From assembly GCA_963807035.1 (NCBI GenBank), contig CAWEAL010000006.1, positions 81,994 through 145,993 of the forward strand: a stretch of 64,000 nt of DNA, written 5' to 3'. The position numbers and the translations under genes are program-made. This document shows positions 29,611 through 39,182 of this stretch, one piece after another (the first letter of the stretch is position 1; each line of letters starts with the position of its first letter). The notes under the pieces are model-generated. The model had not been told where the DNA came from. It saw only the letters and a list, made by a program, of their open reading frames with translations, and searched no databases. The stretch is from an uncultured Chloroflexia bacterium. GTDB taxonomy: Bacteria > Chloroflexota > Limnocylindria > Limnocylindrales > CSP1-4.

Positions 29611-30006
29611 ATGTCGGACCGCGCAACGGTCAACGACCTCCTCGCAGTGGCCCGCTCGCGGATCGAGCGGCTGGACCCGCACGCCGCTCGTGCCGCGGCC
29701 GAAGCGGGTGCGGTCGTGATCGACACGCGCTGCTCGGAACAACGGCATGAGACAGGCATCATCCCGGGCTCGGTCCACGTCCCACTGTCCGTCCTCTTCT
29801 GGCGCCTCGACCCGGCATCCGGGTTCGACGACCCTGCCTTGGCCAACCTCGAGCGCCAGGTGATCCTCGTGTGTGCGCACGGCTACTCGTCGAGCATCGC
29901 CGCCGCGACGCTGATCGACCTCGGCTACGCGCGGGCCGGAGACCTCGACGGTGGATTCGAGGCCTGGCAGGCCGCCGGCCTGCCGATCGAGGCTGCGGCG
30001 GGCTGA
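29611..30006 (+). CDS. Rhodanese-like sulfurtransferase domain protein
   Basis: VVIDTR...GIIPGSVHVP...VILVCAHGYSSSIAAATL...GGFEAW. The active-site loop is CAHGYSS. Confidence 0.85.
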   Translation: MSDRATVNDLLAVARSRIERLDPHAARAAAEAGAVVIDTRCSEQRHETGIIPGSVHVPLSVLFWRLDPASGFDDPALANLERQVILVCAHGYSSSIAAATLIDLGYARAGDLDGGFEAWQAAGLPIEAAAG

Positions 30007-30060
30007 GTTCGGGCCATTTGGCAGGTGCTCGCCTGGCCGGCCTTCATCGATGCTCAACGC

Positions 30061-30411
30061 GTGAACGTGGTGGTGATCCTGAACGATGGACCCTATGGAA
30101 CCGAGCGCTCGTACAACGGGCTCCGCCTCGCGCTCGCGCTCGCCAAGGTGCCCGAGACGACCCTGCGAGTCTTCCTGATGGCCGACGCTGTTGCCTGCGC
30201 GAAGCCGGGCCAGGTGACCCCCGAAGGCGCCTACAACATCGGCCGGATGCTCAAAGGCCTCACCAGCCGAGGGGTCGTGGTCGGAACGTGCGGCTCATGC
30301 ATGGATGCCCGCGGCTATGCCGATGCCGACCTCGCACCGGGCATCGGCCGTTCATCAATGCCGCAGCTCGCTGACTGGACCGTGTGGGCCGACAAGGTCG
30401 TTACGTTCTGA
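30061..30411 (+). CDS. DsrE/DsrF-family sulfur-relay-like protein
   Basis: The GTG at 30061 gives VNVVVILNDGPYGTERSYNGLRLALAL...VFLMADAV...VGTCGSCMDARG. Confidence 0.8.
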   Translation: MNVVVILNDGPYGTERSYNGLRLALALAKVPETTLRVFLMADAVACAKPGQVTPEGAYNIGRMLKGLTSRGVVVGTCGSCMDARGYADADLAPGIGRSSMPQLADWTVWADKVVTF

Positions 30412-30474
30412 CGAGCGTCTCGCGCATCCAAGCCCGTAGTCCATGGATTGTGATGGCAGGTCCTGGGCTGCAAC

Positions 30475-33400
30475 GTGGGTGGGGTGGGTGGCGTCATAAT
30501 CCGGAGCATGGTGGGCGAAGCGACGTCCGTTGCGCATGGCACGCTCGGGCGGGCGGCCGACGGCGGTGCGCTCGACCCCCTTGTCGGGCCGCAGTGCTCG
30601 CTCGCAGTTCAGCTCCGCCGGGCGTCCGGCGCGGTCATCGGGCGGAACGCCGAGCTGGAGGCGATCTCCCAGGAGCTGCACGAGGCCTCCGGTCGCCTCG
30701 CCGCGGTGACGCTCGAGGGCGAGCCGGGTATCGGCAAGACGCGCTTGCTGCTGGCCGCCGCGGAGCTCGCCTCGGCGAGCGGGTTCACCTGTGTTGCGAT
30801 CACCGCCGACGAGGAGATCCGCGGGCCGTTCCTCGTCGCGCGGAGCCTGTTCGCCTCCAGCGCGGTCCGCAAGACGGCCGCGGGAACGCCGGCGGAGGCC
30901 GCGGTCAGTCGGGTGATCGAGGCCATTTCGGGTCGCGACGAGCGCGGTTTCGAGACGCTCTCTCCGGACGCAAAGCTCCTGCGGGCCTTTGACCTCGGAG
31001 GCGTGGCCATCTCCACCCTCGCCGCGGTCCGCCCGCTTGCGCTGCTCATCGACGACGTCCAGTGGGCCGACGACGACACCCTCCGGCTGCTTCGGTACAT
31101 CGTCCGGAGCGACGCCGATCGGCCGGTCTTCCTGTTCCTGACGATCCGGCCCGACGAGTTCGCGTCGGTGACCGAGGCGGTGAACTTCGTGGCCGACATG
31201 GAGCGGATGGGCCTCGTTCGGCGGTTGCGGCCCGGACGGTTCAGCTCGGTCGAAACGGGGGAGCTCCTGAAGCGCGTTCTCGGTGGCCCGATCGAGTCTG
31301 CGTCCACGGTCGCGATGCACGTCCAGTCCGAGGGCGTGCCGTTCATCGTCGAGGAGCTGGCCCGGACGCACCGCGAAGCCGGCACCCTTCAGCAGATCGA
31401 TGGGGAGTGGCGGCTCGGCCGGAACGCAGCGCAGCTCGTACCGTCCGCAGTGCGGACGCTCATCGATCGCCGCGCCGCGCGACTCCCGGCCCGGACGCGG
31501 GCCGCGCTCGGCGACGCGGCGATCCTCGGCCGGAGCTTCAGCCTTCGCGACATCTCGGCGATCCGAGCGCGGATTGGGGATGGCGAGATCGCCTCGCAGC
31601 CGGCTGCTCGCGACCAGGCCGAGGCCCCTGGGCCGGCGGGGGAGGGCGATGCGAGGGGCCGGGGTGCCGGTGCTGATGCGCTCGCCGACGATCTCGGTCC
31701 GGCCGTCGCGGCCGGCCTCCTCCTGCCGCAGGCGCAGGGCGAGCCGGCGGATTACACGTTCACCCACGAGCAGGTCCGCCAGTTCGCCGCGAACCAGCTT
31801 TCGGCGACCCGGCGCCGGCAGGTTCACGCTGCGGTCGTCGAGCTGTTGCTGGAGGGTGGCGATCCGGCCCCCGCCGGCCTGTCGATGCTCGCCCAGCACG
31901 CCCTGGCCGCCGGCGACACGGTCCGGTCGGCGCGCTTCTCGATCGATGCCGCGGCGGCGGCCCTCGCCTCGAACGCCCCCGAGGAGGCGCTCCGGCTCGT
32001 CGAGCAGGCGCTCCCGGTCGTTTCCACGCCGGCCGATCGGCGGGTCCTGCTCGCGACCCGCGACGACGCCTTCGCCGTCCTCCGCCGGACCAGCGAGCGG
32101 CTCGACGGCCTGACCGAACTGGCCGCGCTCGCCGAGGCGATGCGCGATCCGAAGGTCGAGCTCGACGTCCAGCTCCGGCGTGCGTCGGCGCTCCGGATGA
32201 GCCACGACGAGGACGCCGCCGCGGAGCTGGCCCGTCACGTCCGCGCACGCGCGGCCGGAGCATGGGCGACGCCGCCATGGAGCTCCGGGCGTCGCTCGAG
32301 CTTGGCCAGGCGCTCCTGCGGAGCCCGCTCGGCGAGTCGTTCGGCGGGGCCGCGATCGAGATCGACCTCGACGGTTGCCGAGGAGGCCTACCGCCGCGCG
32401 ATCGAGCTCGCCGAGCAGCTGGGCGACGACCGCAGCCTGGCCGCTGCCCTTCGTGAGATCGGGACGATCGACTTCACCCGCGGGCGTGCCTGGTTCGTGG
32501 GCGAGGTCCTGGCCGGCCGGGCGAACGAGCTGATGGCGAAGGTCGCGGCTGGCGCCAACTTCCTGGACCTCATCCTGGCGTCGCCGATCGGCCCGCTCTT
32601 CGTCGAGCTGAGTCAGGTCCTCGAGCGGGCGCTCGGCATCTTCGAGCGGCTCGGCGACCGAACAGGCGTGATGTCGACGGTCATCGCGATGGCCTACGCG
32701 CAGTACGGGCCGGTCATCCACCTGTCGTCCTCGGCGCGGCATCTCGAGGAGATCCGGCGCGTGACGAGCCGCCTGTCCGAGCTCGTGACCGAGAGCGAGC
32801 GGGCGAGGCTCGACCTCCAGATGCTGTTCGGGGTCCACGTGTACTCCCGGGCGAAGGTGGTGCCCGACCTGGCCCTGGCCCGGGGCGAGGACGCCCATCG
32901 AGCGGCGAAGCTCCAGGGCGACCGGGCGATCGAGTTCCTCGCCGCCGGAGGGGTGGCGATGAGCCTGCTCGAGCTCGGCGATGTCGACGCCGCCGAGCGC
33001 TGGCTCGGCCTCGCGGCCGCGGCCCTGTCGATCGCCCCCTCGCGGACGCGTGCCGCCCAGCTCGAAACCTGGCGTGGGCGGGTCCGGGCGGGCGCCGGCG
33101 ACGTCGAGGGCATGCGTCGCCATCTCGAGCGTGCCGTCGCCATGGCGACCGAAGGGGGTCGGGCCTCCGGGCGGTGTGAGGCGCTCGCCCGACTGGCCAT
33201 CGAAGCGGCGGGGCTCGTTGCGCGCTCCGCCTCCGATGCCATCCCGGCCACCAGGGGCGGTGGCCCGGACCCTGCCCTGGTGGACCTGGTCGAGCGATCA
33301 GCGACGCAGGTGAAGGACCTCGTGCCGCTCCTGCCGGGGCACGCGCCGTGGGGCGCGCAGGCCGACGCGGCGCTGGCCACCGTCGCCCTCGTGCGCGGCG

Positions 33401-33910
33401 ACATCGCGGCCGCCGTCGCGGCCGGCGGCGCGGCCATTCAGGCCCTCCAGTCCGGTCTTCACGAGGACGCGAGCCTGGACATCGTCATCCCGGCCGCCCG
33501 CGCCGTGTTCGCCGGCGGGCCGTCCGAGGTCCAGGGATTCGTCCGAGGCTTCCTCCAGTCGACCCTGTCCAAGATCGCTCAGGGAACGGCCGACGAGGTG
33601 ATCCGCGTGCGCTGGCTCACGGGCCCCGTCGGTCGCCAGCTCGTGGAGCTGGCCGGCCCGATGGACGCACCGGCCCCCGATGCCGCCGCCGGAACGCGGC
33701 GCCGGCCCGCATCTCGACGATGCCGAGCGCCGGCTGCTGCAGCTCCTGACCGAGGGCCGGACGAACGCCGAGATCGCCGCCGAGCTCGACCTCGGCGAGG
33801 ATGACGTGGTCCAGCGCCTGGCGCGACTGCAGGCCCGGCTGGGTACCTCGAGCCGGGCCGAGGCGACCTCGCTGGCGTTCCGCGGACTCGCCACAGTGGG
33901 GTCGGGCTGA
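30475..33910 (+). CDS. Large ATP-binding LuxR-family regulator (AAA_16/STAND NTPase + TPR-like region + C-terminal LuxR HTH), with frame changes near 32262, 32378 and 33690
   Basis: GRNAELEAI...VTLEGEPGIGKTRLL (P-loop) and LLIDDVQWADDDTLRLLRYI (Walker B). The HTH (LDDAERRLLQLLTEGRTNAEIAAELDLGEDDVVQRLARLQARLG) sits in the separate ORF 33680..33910. Confidence 0.85.
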
Positions 33911-34644
33911 TGGCGATCCGGGCGCGCGTCGACCGCCACAAGTGCATCGGCGCCGGCAACTGCATCACCCTCGCCCCGACGGCCTTCGACTGGCTCGCCG
34001 GCGACTACGGGAAGGGCGACGTCGTCGGCGCCGACAGCGTCGATGAGGAGGTCCTCCGCGCCGCAGCCTTCGCCTGCCCGACCGCTGCCATCATCCTCGA
34101 GGATGTCGCCGAGCTCCTGCCGTGGCAGCTGCGCGGCAAGGCCGGTCCGGCCCGGCGGGTCCTCAAGACGTTCATGTTCACCGACATCGTCGGTTCGACG
34201 AACCTCGTCGAGGCGCTCGGCGACGAGGCCTGGGAGACGATGCTTCGCTGGCACAACGCGGCGCTCCGGGAGGTGTTCACGGCCCATGGCGGCGAGGAGA
34301 TCTCGACGACCGGCGACGGCTTCTTCGTCAGCTTCGATTCGCCGGACCTTGCGGTGGCGGCGGCGATCGCGATCCAGCGGCGACTGAGCGAACAGCGCGC
34401 GACCCAGGGCTTCGCGCCCCAGGTCCGGATCGGCCTCCACGCCTCGGATGCGACGCAGGTCGGCGGTGACTTCCACGGCAAGGGCGTCCACGAGGCGGCC
34501 CGGATCGCGGCCCTCGGCGGCGCCGGCGACATCGTTGCGAGCGTCGCGACGGTCGGGGATTCGCACCGGACGTCCGGCCTCCGGAGCGTGACGCTCAAGG
34601 GCCTTTCGGAGTCGGTCGAGGTCGTCAACGTCGACTGGCGCTGA
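33910..34644 (+). CDS. Ferredoxin-like domain fused to a class III adenylate/guanylate cyclase domain
   Basis: N-terminus: VDRHKCIGAGNCITLAPTAF...AAFACPTAAI (the CxxxxxC...CP single-cluster ferredoxin pattern). Then FMFTDIVGST and TTGDGFFVSF (the metal-binding Asp residues) and GKGVHEAARI. The ATGA overlaps the LuxR stop. Confidence 0.85.
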   Translation: MAIRARVDRHKCIGAGNCITLAPTAFDWLAGDYGKGDVVGADSVDEEVLRAAAFACPTAAIILEDVAELLPWQLRGKAGPARRVLKTFMFTDIVGSTNLVEALGDEAWETMLRWHNAALREVFTAHGGEEISTTGDGFFVSFDSPDLAVAAAIAIQRRLSEQRATQGFAPQVRIGLHASDATQVGGDFHGKGVHEAARIAALGGAGDIVASVATVGDSHRTSGLRSVTLKGLSESVEVVNVDWR

Positions 34645-34645
34645 G

Positions 34646-35137
34646 TCACGGATTCATGTTGGCCGCCGCGAGCGCGCCCGCGATCTCGGTCCCTCCGCCC
34701 CGCAGATCCTCGAAGTTGATCAAACGCCTCGCGCCTGATCCCATTGTTTGAACGTTTCTGCGCCGATCCCTCCCAAGGTATGTGTCGTCAAGGCACAGCA
34801 GGCAGGAGTCGGTGGTGCGTGGAGCAGGCACGGCGCGTCTCGAGCGAGCGCTGATCGTGGCAGTGGTGACCTGCCTGGCCGCGTATGCAGGCAGCTCCGC
34901 CCTTGTGCCGTCTCCGGCATCTTCGCCAGCATCCGAGCCGGCGGCCGTCTCTCCGCCGTACGAAAAGGACAGACAGGCGCCCGGCTTTGGCAGGGCTTGC
35001 GGGTTCGTGCAGAACTCCCCGACGAGTTGCCGCCCCTCGGCCGACACTGCGGCAACCGGACCGACGGCGAACAGAGCGGTCAGGAGCGCTGCGATCAATG
35101 GCAGCCGGGTGATCGCCTTCCTCAGGACCACTCCCAT
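34646..35137 (-). CDS. Hypothetical secreted protein (weak call, possibly frameshifted)
   Basis: The ATG at 35137 gives MGVVLRKAITRLPLIAALLTALFAVGPVAAVSAEG, which is signal-peptide-like. The downstream part has low complexity. Confidence 0.3.
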   Translation of the reverse strand: MGVVLRKAITRLPLIAALLTALFAVGPVAAVSAEGRQLVGEFCTNPQALPKPGACLSFSYGGETAAGSDAGEDAGDGTRAELPAYAARQVTTATISARSRRAVPAPRTTDSCLLCLDDTYLGRDRRRNVQTMGSGARRLINFEDLRGGGTEIAGALAAANMNP

Positions 35138-35387
35138 CGCGGTGGTCGGCGGACGGTGAACTGGCCGATCGAGCGGCGCGGTCAGCGGGCTCATCGAAGA
35201 CATCGTCACGTTCTTTCCATCCAAGAACGAGCACACGATGATTCCGCATGCTTCACTCACGTATGGGGCGCGTTTCGGCCCGAGCGTTCAATCTGTGGCC
35301 CCGCCGGCCACATCGCGCCCTCGGCCGGTCACCCCCGATAATCGCCAGGTGACCGAGAGGTGAGGCGCCAGGCCTAGCCTGCCCGGC

Positions 35388-36322
35388 ATGCTCGCGACGG
35401 TCCTCTCAGCATCGCTCCATGGGATCGAAGGCCGGCTGATCCGGGTCGAGGTCGACGTCGCCCCGGGCCTGCCCGGGTTCACGATCGTGGGCCTGCCCGA
35501 CGCCTCGCTCCAGGAGGCCCGCGAGCGGGTCCGGGGCGGGATCCGGAACAGCGGCCTCGTGTTCCCACCCCGGCGGATCACCGTGAACCTCGCCCCGGCC
35601 GACCTGCGCAAGACCGGTGCCTCGCTCGATGTGGCGATCGCGGTCGCGATCCTGCTCGGGTCGGAGCAGGCCCGCGCGGACGGGCCGTGGGCGTTGATCG
35701 GCGAGCTGTCACTGGGGGGCGAGCTCCGGGCGGTGCCCGGCATCCTCTCGATGGTCGCGGCGCTGGCCCGCCGCGGGGTCGCCCGCGTGGTGGTGCCGGC
35801 CGAAGCGGCCGCCGAGGCCGGCCTTGTCGAGCGGATCGAGGTCCATCCGGCGCCCGACCTGGCCGCGGCGCTGATCGCCATCCGCTCCGGCCGGGCGGCC
35901 CGCCACCGCGTGAATCCCGCTCGGGTCGACCTGGTCGGGTCGGCCGCGACCCAGGCGGCGGGCGGGACGCCTGCCGAAGGATCGTCCCCCCTCGCCGACG
36001 TGCCCGACCTGGGCGACGTGCGCGGCCAGGCCGGTGCCCGACGAGCGCTCGAGATCGCCCTGGCGGGCGGCCACGGGCTGCTGCTGGTCGGCCCGCCGGG
36101 CTCGGGCAAGACGCTCCTCGCCCGGACGATCCCGGGGCTCCTGCCTCCCCTCGACACGGCCGATGCCCTGACCGCCACGGCGATTCGCTCGGCGGCCGGG
36201 GAGGGACCGATCAGCGGGCTCGAACGCCGCCGGCCATTCCGCGCTCCTCACCATACGATCTCCTACGCCGGCATGGTCGGCGGCGGTCCCGCGATCGCAC
36301 CCGGCGAAGTGACCATGGCCCA
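35388..36322 (+). pseudogene. comM: comM/yifB (Mg-chelatase-like AAA+ competence ATPase), 5' portion only
   Basis: MLATVLSASLHGIEGRLIRVEVDVAPGLPGFTIVGLPDASLQEARERVR...LLLVGPPGSGKTLLAR...PFRAPHHTISYAGMVGGGPAIAPGEVTMAH. The sequence then loses ComM similarity. Confidence 0.85.
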
Positions 36323-36446
36323 TGCCCGCGTGACGTTCCGTGCACGGCATCCCGTCGCCGGGAGCCCACAGGGAGCCACGCGTATGGTGAGCTGCGCCCT
36401 TTCAGGCGGGGAGAGAAGGATGCGATGGGCGGCGATGGCAAGGCCA

Positions 36447-36972
36447 TGACAACTCGACAGACGCGGAGCGTGCAGGTCGTCCTGTTCCTCGTTGGCGTGC
36501 TGGTGATGCTGCTCGTTGGGCCGCCCGTGGCTCCGAAGGGCTTCAGGGGCTCGATCTTGCTCAGCTCGACTTTTACCTCGGCTTCACGCTGGGCCTCGCC
36601 CTCGTGCTCGGGTGGGTCGTCATCCGGCTACCCCGCCAGGTACACCCGGACTTCCTCCTGAGCACGGTCGTCGTGGCGGCGCTGTTCTACGTCGTGACGA
36701 TCGCCGCCACGTATGCGTACCTGGTGCTGAACTACGAGACGGAGCTAGCACCTTCGCCGCTACTCCCTAGCGCCGGGTCGAACTGGGGCGTCGTCGGGAT
36801 CCTCTTGGGCTTCGGGGTGGCCCTCGGAGCGTCCCTGGTCGGCGGGCTAGCGCTGGCCACGCTGGGCCGCGTGCGGGCCTCGGCCATCGTGCCAGGCATC
36901 GCGGCCGGGTTCGGCGCAGTCCTCCTCATGTACCTCGTATTCCAGAACCTGTTCCACACGAGTCTCATCTAG
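36447..36972 (+). CDS. Hypothetical multi-pass membrane protein inside the comM insert, one frame change near 36525
   Basis: MTTRQTRSVQVVLFLVGVLVMLLVG (tail of ORF 35687..36661) continues in the frame of ORF 36604..36972 as LDFYLGFTLGLALVLGWVVI...GILLGFGVALGASLVGGLALA...AAGFGAVLLMYLVF. Confidence 0.5.
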
Positions 36973-37071
36973 AGGGTTCGACGAAGGGCACGGGACCTCT
37001 GCTCTTGGTCGTGTCGGGGGACCAGCGGTCGCCGCCAGCGTCGCGGAGGCGGCGGGTCGACTCGGTTCACC

Positions 37072-38851
37072 TTAGGCGGGCGCGCCGGATAAAGGCTCCG
37101 CGTCCAACCCGGACCGGGTGACATTGCCGAACCCTGACCCACCAGGGCATTTTTTTTCTCGACGAGCTGCCGGAGTTCGGCCGGGACGTGCTCGAGGCAC
37201 TCCGACAGCCGCTCGAGGAGGGCCGGGTCGCGATCGTCCGGGCCGGCCGGTCGCTTGCGCTGCCCGCCCGCTTCCAACTCGTCGCCGCGATGAACCCGTG
37301 CCCGTGTGCGTTTCGACTACACCGGGGAATTGGTACTCGATCAAGGCCGTGGCGGTCTTCTTGCCGCCATCTGCGGGCAGTTGGGTGTCGATCCGGATTG
37401 ACACCAGAAGCCGGACGATCTCCTGGCGCTCCACGTCGCTCAACCCCGCGTCCAGGCGCGTTCGTAGCTCGTCGAGCAGTGGTTGGGCGGCCTCGGGCTC
37501 TGCGCTCGCCTGTGCGGCCCCTACGGCCGCTACGCGCCGTTCAAGCTCGGCCCGTTGGGCGTCGATCCTGGTGAGTTCGGCATCAAGGCTCGGGTCGTCG
37601 AGCCAACCCCGGGCCGCCTGGCGGATGAGACCGAGGCGTTCGGTCGCCAACCGCTCGAGTTGGCGCTCGAGCATCGTCCGCTCGGCTTCCGCTACCGCGC
37701 CCTGGTCGTCGCGTTCCCTTGAAGCATCCAGCTCGGCCAGGATGTCGCCGGGATCACGGAGCCAGCGTTCGATGTCGGTCCAAACGACCGACTCGATCTG
37801 CTCGGCTCGGATGGCGTGCCCCCAGCACCGCCTGGTGATCGGACCACGCTCGGCGATCTGTCCGTTGCACCGGTACCACCCGACGCCGGTCCGCCCCTGG
37901 GAGCCGCAGTACGTCAAGCCGCAGATCCCGCACGTGATCACCTGCTTGAGCAGATAGCGCCGCGGGCTGTTGCGGGTCACCCTCCGGTTGCGCTCCAGAG
38001 CGTCCTGGGCGGCCTGCCAGAGCTCGTCAGAGACGAGTCGAGGCACTGAGGCGCTGATCAGCTCTCGGGTCTGGCTCGTCCGACGGCCGTACTCGAGGCG
38101 ACCGGCGTACTTGGGCTCGCGGATCATGTTCCGGATCCGACCCGCTCGCCAGATCTCCTGCGTCCGGACCTTGCGCTCCCCGCGCCTGATCTCCCGCCCC
38201 GCCCGGGCATAGCTCGTCGGGACGCCCAGCGCATTGAGCTCGGCCGCCACCTGTGGACACGTCCAGCCGTCGATCGCGAGGCGGCGGTACGCCAGGCGCA
38301 CGACGTCGGCGGCCGAGAGCTCGAGCGAGGCCGAGAGCGGGCGGTCGTCGGGTACGAGCCGGGCGGCCTGCTTGCGCTCCGGGACGATGTAGCCGAAGGC
38401 GATGATCCCGCCGGTGTACCGGTGCTCGAGGACGCGCTAGGAGAGGTGACGATCGGAGCCCCGCGGACCGGCAGTGGCTCCACGGGGCTTCGATCGCTCG
38501 GCGCGCCCCCTAGCGGCGGGCCGCTCCATCATCGTCGGGCGGTCAACACGCCTTGGCCCCGGCCATTCAGCAGTGAGACCAAGTGGTCGGAGCCGCGGCA
38601 AGCCTACCTCGGGGGGCATAGGGAACGCCTCCGGCCCTCTATCCCGTACCCAAGAGGCCACCGGAGGCGTTCGAGTGGAGCGCCGGCCTCGGACGAAAGT
38701 CGGAAACGTCCTGGCCGCTGCCGAATTCTAGGCCGTGTGCCAGCCGTCGCACTCTAGCCCGATGGTACCGACGGCATGGCCCCGAACGAGGGGGGAGTCG
38801 CCCGGGGCCGGCTGTGATCGTACGCCGGGCGCAGAAGAACGCCCGGAGCAT
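37072..38851 (-). pseudogene. Large serine recombinase, decayed. The recombinase, zinc-ribbon and coiled-coil domains are intact (ORF 37072..38301). The N-terminal resolvase domain is degenerate with stops. The last ~80 codons are read-through antisense to the comM fragment.
   Basis: GGIIAFGYIVPE..., VVRLAYRRLAIDGWTCPQVAAELNALGVPT, YLLKQVITCGICGLTYCG...YRCNG and a long coiled coil. Upstream relics in ORF 38639..38851 and shifted frames are MLRAFFCARRT, CRRY, GSGQDVSDFRPRPAL and LPRLRP. An in-frame TAG lies at 38448-38450. Confidence 0.75.
37140..37312 (+). pseudogene. comM: comM internal fragment (sensor/Walker-B-proximal block up to NPCPC)
   Basis: Own translation in the frame of ORF 37188..37574 gives [56 protein letters not shown]. 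This is the exact continuation of ...GEVTMAH at 36322. Confidence 0.8.
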
Positions 38852-38857
38852 GGGGGC

Positions 38858-38977
38858 CTATCGACGTCGGCTCAGGATCCACAACGCGAACACGCCGACG
38901 ATGACGACGAGTGCGACGACCGTCAGGATCCGGCCGCTCACGGCCAGGCCGAGCAACGTGATCCCGAGGTAATCCAT
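38858..38977 (-). CDS. Possible 39-aa single-pass hydrophobic peptide
   Basis: Own translation gives MDYLGITLLGLAVSGRILTVVALVVIVGVFALWILSRRR*. There is no convincing Shine-Dalgarno sequence. Confidence 0.25.
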   Translation of the reverse strand: MDYLGITLLGLAVSGRILTVVALVVIVGVFALWILSRRR

Positions 38978-39182
38978 CGTCACCAGCAGGTCTCACCCCG
39001 CCCACCGGCTCTGGGGGGCCGACAGGCGAGGGGCCTGCAGTGTAGGCCGAGAGAGCAAGCGCCGGAGGGCTTGAAGGCCGCTCCGCGCGTCTGTGGCGAG
39101 GGTGAGGCGTTCTGCGCCCGAGGGGTCGGCACGGGCCGTCGTTGGCCCTCGACGGTGGCGGCAAGGACGGATATGTGATGTC

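Noticed and set aside
36323-36446. The left end of the comM insert as the missing comM 3' portion. The translations PCPRDVPCTASRRR... and ...ALSGGERRM faintly echo NPCPC...C.C...RRY..LSGPLLDR.
   Set aside because: The similarity is limited to a few residues spread over two frames. The segment is only ~120 nt before a membrane-protein gene begins, whereas ~500 nt of comM are missing. I keep it only as a junction-similarity note.
38448-38857. A ~400-nt stretch with a run of perfect 7-9 bp hairpins (for example cgcctccgg...ccggaggcg at 38626-38669, gccgtcg...cgacggc and ccgggcg...cgcccgg) and loose RNase P-like strings (gaaagtcgg, cagaagaacgcccgg). I considered a structured ncRNA such as RNase P, tmRNA, a group II intron domain or a recombinase-associated RNA.
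   Set aside because: The spacing and order do not fit RNase P, because the S-domain is missing. There is no tRNA-like end for tmRNA and no domain V/VI for a group II intron. Translating the minus strand shows relics of the serine-recombinase catalytic domain in the expected order (MLRAFFCARRT, CRRY, GSGQDVSDFRPRPAL, LPRLRP, ERPAARGRA). The region is best explained as a decayed resolvase domain. GC-rich DNA readily gives such stems.
38993-39180. A search for the comM C-terminal block on either strand right of the recombinase.
   Set aside because: None of the six frames shows LSGPLLDR.D or the C-terminal Mg-chelatase helical motifs.
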